Source: an uncultured archaeon (lineage in GTDB: Archaea; Halobacteriota; Methanosarcinia; Methanosarcinales; Methanoperedenaceae). From it: DNA of 24,000 nt. The number at the start of each line of letters is the position of its first letter. The stretch's first letter is position 1. The notes beneath the pieces were generated by a model that was not told where the DNA came from, searched no databases, and saw only the letters and a program-made list of their open reading frames with translations. Shown here in pieces: positions 23,410 to 24,000 of this stretch. The stretch lies in assembly GCA_902386255.1 (NCBI GenBank), contig CABMII010000138.1:15660-39659 (forward strand). The letters are read 5' to 3'. The position numbers were made by a program, and so were the translations under genes.

Positions 23410-24000
23410 CTATCCAATCAAGGGTCTAACCACTTCCCACAGGATGAGAACAACTATGGCAACTTCCAGTACCAGCGTTAACTGCTCAGTGGATATCTGT
23501 CTTGCTGTAGCGTAGAGTTCCTGCAATGAATTAATCTTGTGTTCCACCACTTTCTCAAAGTCCGTTACTTTGAGAGTATTGAGCATCTTCAGATACGCAG
23601 ACTGATAGTACCAATCCTGTGTTATTTTATGCGGGTTCATCAAATCCTCAATATCATCAAGAATGACAAGCCCGATTTCGCTCACTTTAAGAAGGGATTT
23701 TTCAAGTTTTCGCGGCGCAAGGGTAAGGAAATAAAGCTTTGAAAGATGCATTTTTTTTATTGCATCAAAAGCATTTGAAATCTCTGAGTCTATTTTCATG
23801 TCGTATATCTGGAATAAAAGCAAAAGCGATATTGAAAGCTCAAGGAGTTCCCGCAGTTCCTTGAGATAATCATCGCAGCCCAGGATAAATACGCCTTCAG
23901 GCGACGCCAGGAACAGGTCTTCGTCGTAATAGGAGAGGTCGTTTGCGAGTTTTTCCGTAATCTCTTTACTGTGTAAAGGCCGTATGGAGGTTTCGCCGGA
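23410..24000 (-). CDS. Hypothetical protein with a C-terminal TM anchor (partial; N-terminus beyond the window end); possibly RMD1/DUF155-like
   Basis: The minus-strand frame is open from position 24000 (197 codons): SGETSIRPLHSKEITEKLANDLSYYDEDLFLASPEGVFILGCDDYLKELRELLELSISLLLLFQIYDMK... It ends in the hydrophobic LTLVLEVAIVVLILWEVV. The track start at 23823 is an internal TTG. The family assignment is weak. Confidence 0.6.
   Translation of the reverse strand, partial: SGETSIRPLHSKEITEKLANDLSYYDEDLFLASPEGVFILGCDDYLKELRELLELSISLLLLFQIYDMKIDSEISNAFDAIKKMHLSKLYFLTLAPRKLEKSLLKVSEIGLVILDDIEDLMNPHKITQDWYYQSAYLKMLNTLKVTDFEKVVEHKINSLQELYATARQISTEQLTLVLEVAIVVLILWEVVRPLIG

Overview
This looks like an archaeal, Methanosarcinales-type chromosomal segment. 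That call is an inference from gene content: an fpo operon with a split fpoJ and an fpoO gene, a methanogenesis-marker-9 domain, TATA-like boxes, and GGAGGTGATC-like Shine-Dalgarno (SD) sequences.

- **Core (20358 down to 9766, minus strand):** a complete F420H2 dehydrogenase operon, fpoA-B-C-D-H-I-J(N)-J(C)-K-L-M-N-O.
- **Left of the operon:**
  - a minus-strand sensory cluster: a partial REC-PAS gene, a REC-3xPAS-HisKA_2 hybrid kinase, a CheY-like regulator and a membrane histidine kinase;
  - an archaellum-accessory-like group: a KaiC/ArlH-like ATPase, an ArlC-ArlD/E fusion, and a HEAT_PBS / PEVK-like repeat / CheC-like fusion protein.
- **Right of the operon:**
  - a divergent TIM-barrel protein carrying a methanogenesis-marker-9 cysteine domain;
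  - a three-gene operon of tiny proteins (two paralogous 3-TM proteins plus a 74-aa soluble protein);
  - a long FKBP-type PPIase;
  - a partial membrane-anchored hypothetical gene.

The most unusual signal is a pair of related intercistronic elements at fpoH/fpoI (about 77 nt) and fpoB/fpoC (about 265 nt).

- They consist almost entirely of back-to-back perfect hairpins.
- They sit exactly inside ATGA stop/start junctions.
- They share both termini.
- They carry an AGGTG SD-like sequence in the loop of the terminal hairpin.
- They keep a frame open from the upstream ATGA to the downstream ATGA.

All functional calls rest on motif recognition by eye. No database search was possible.
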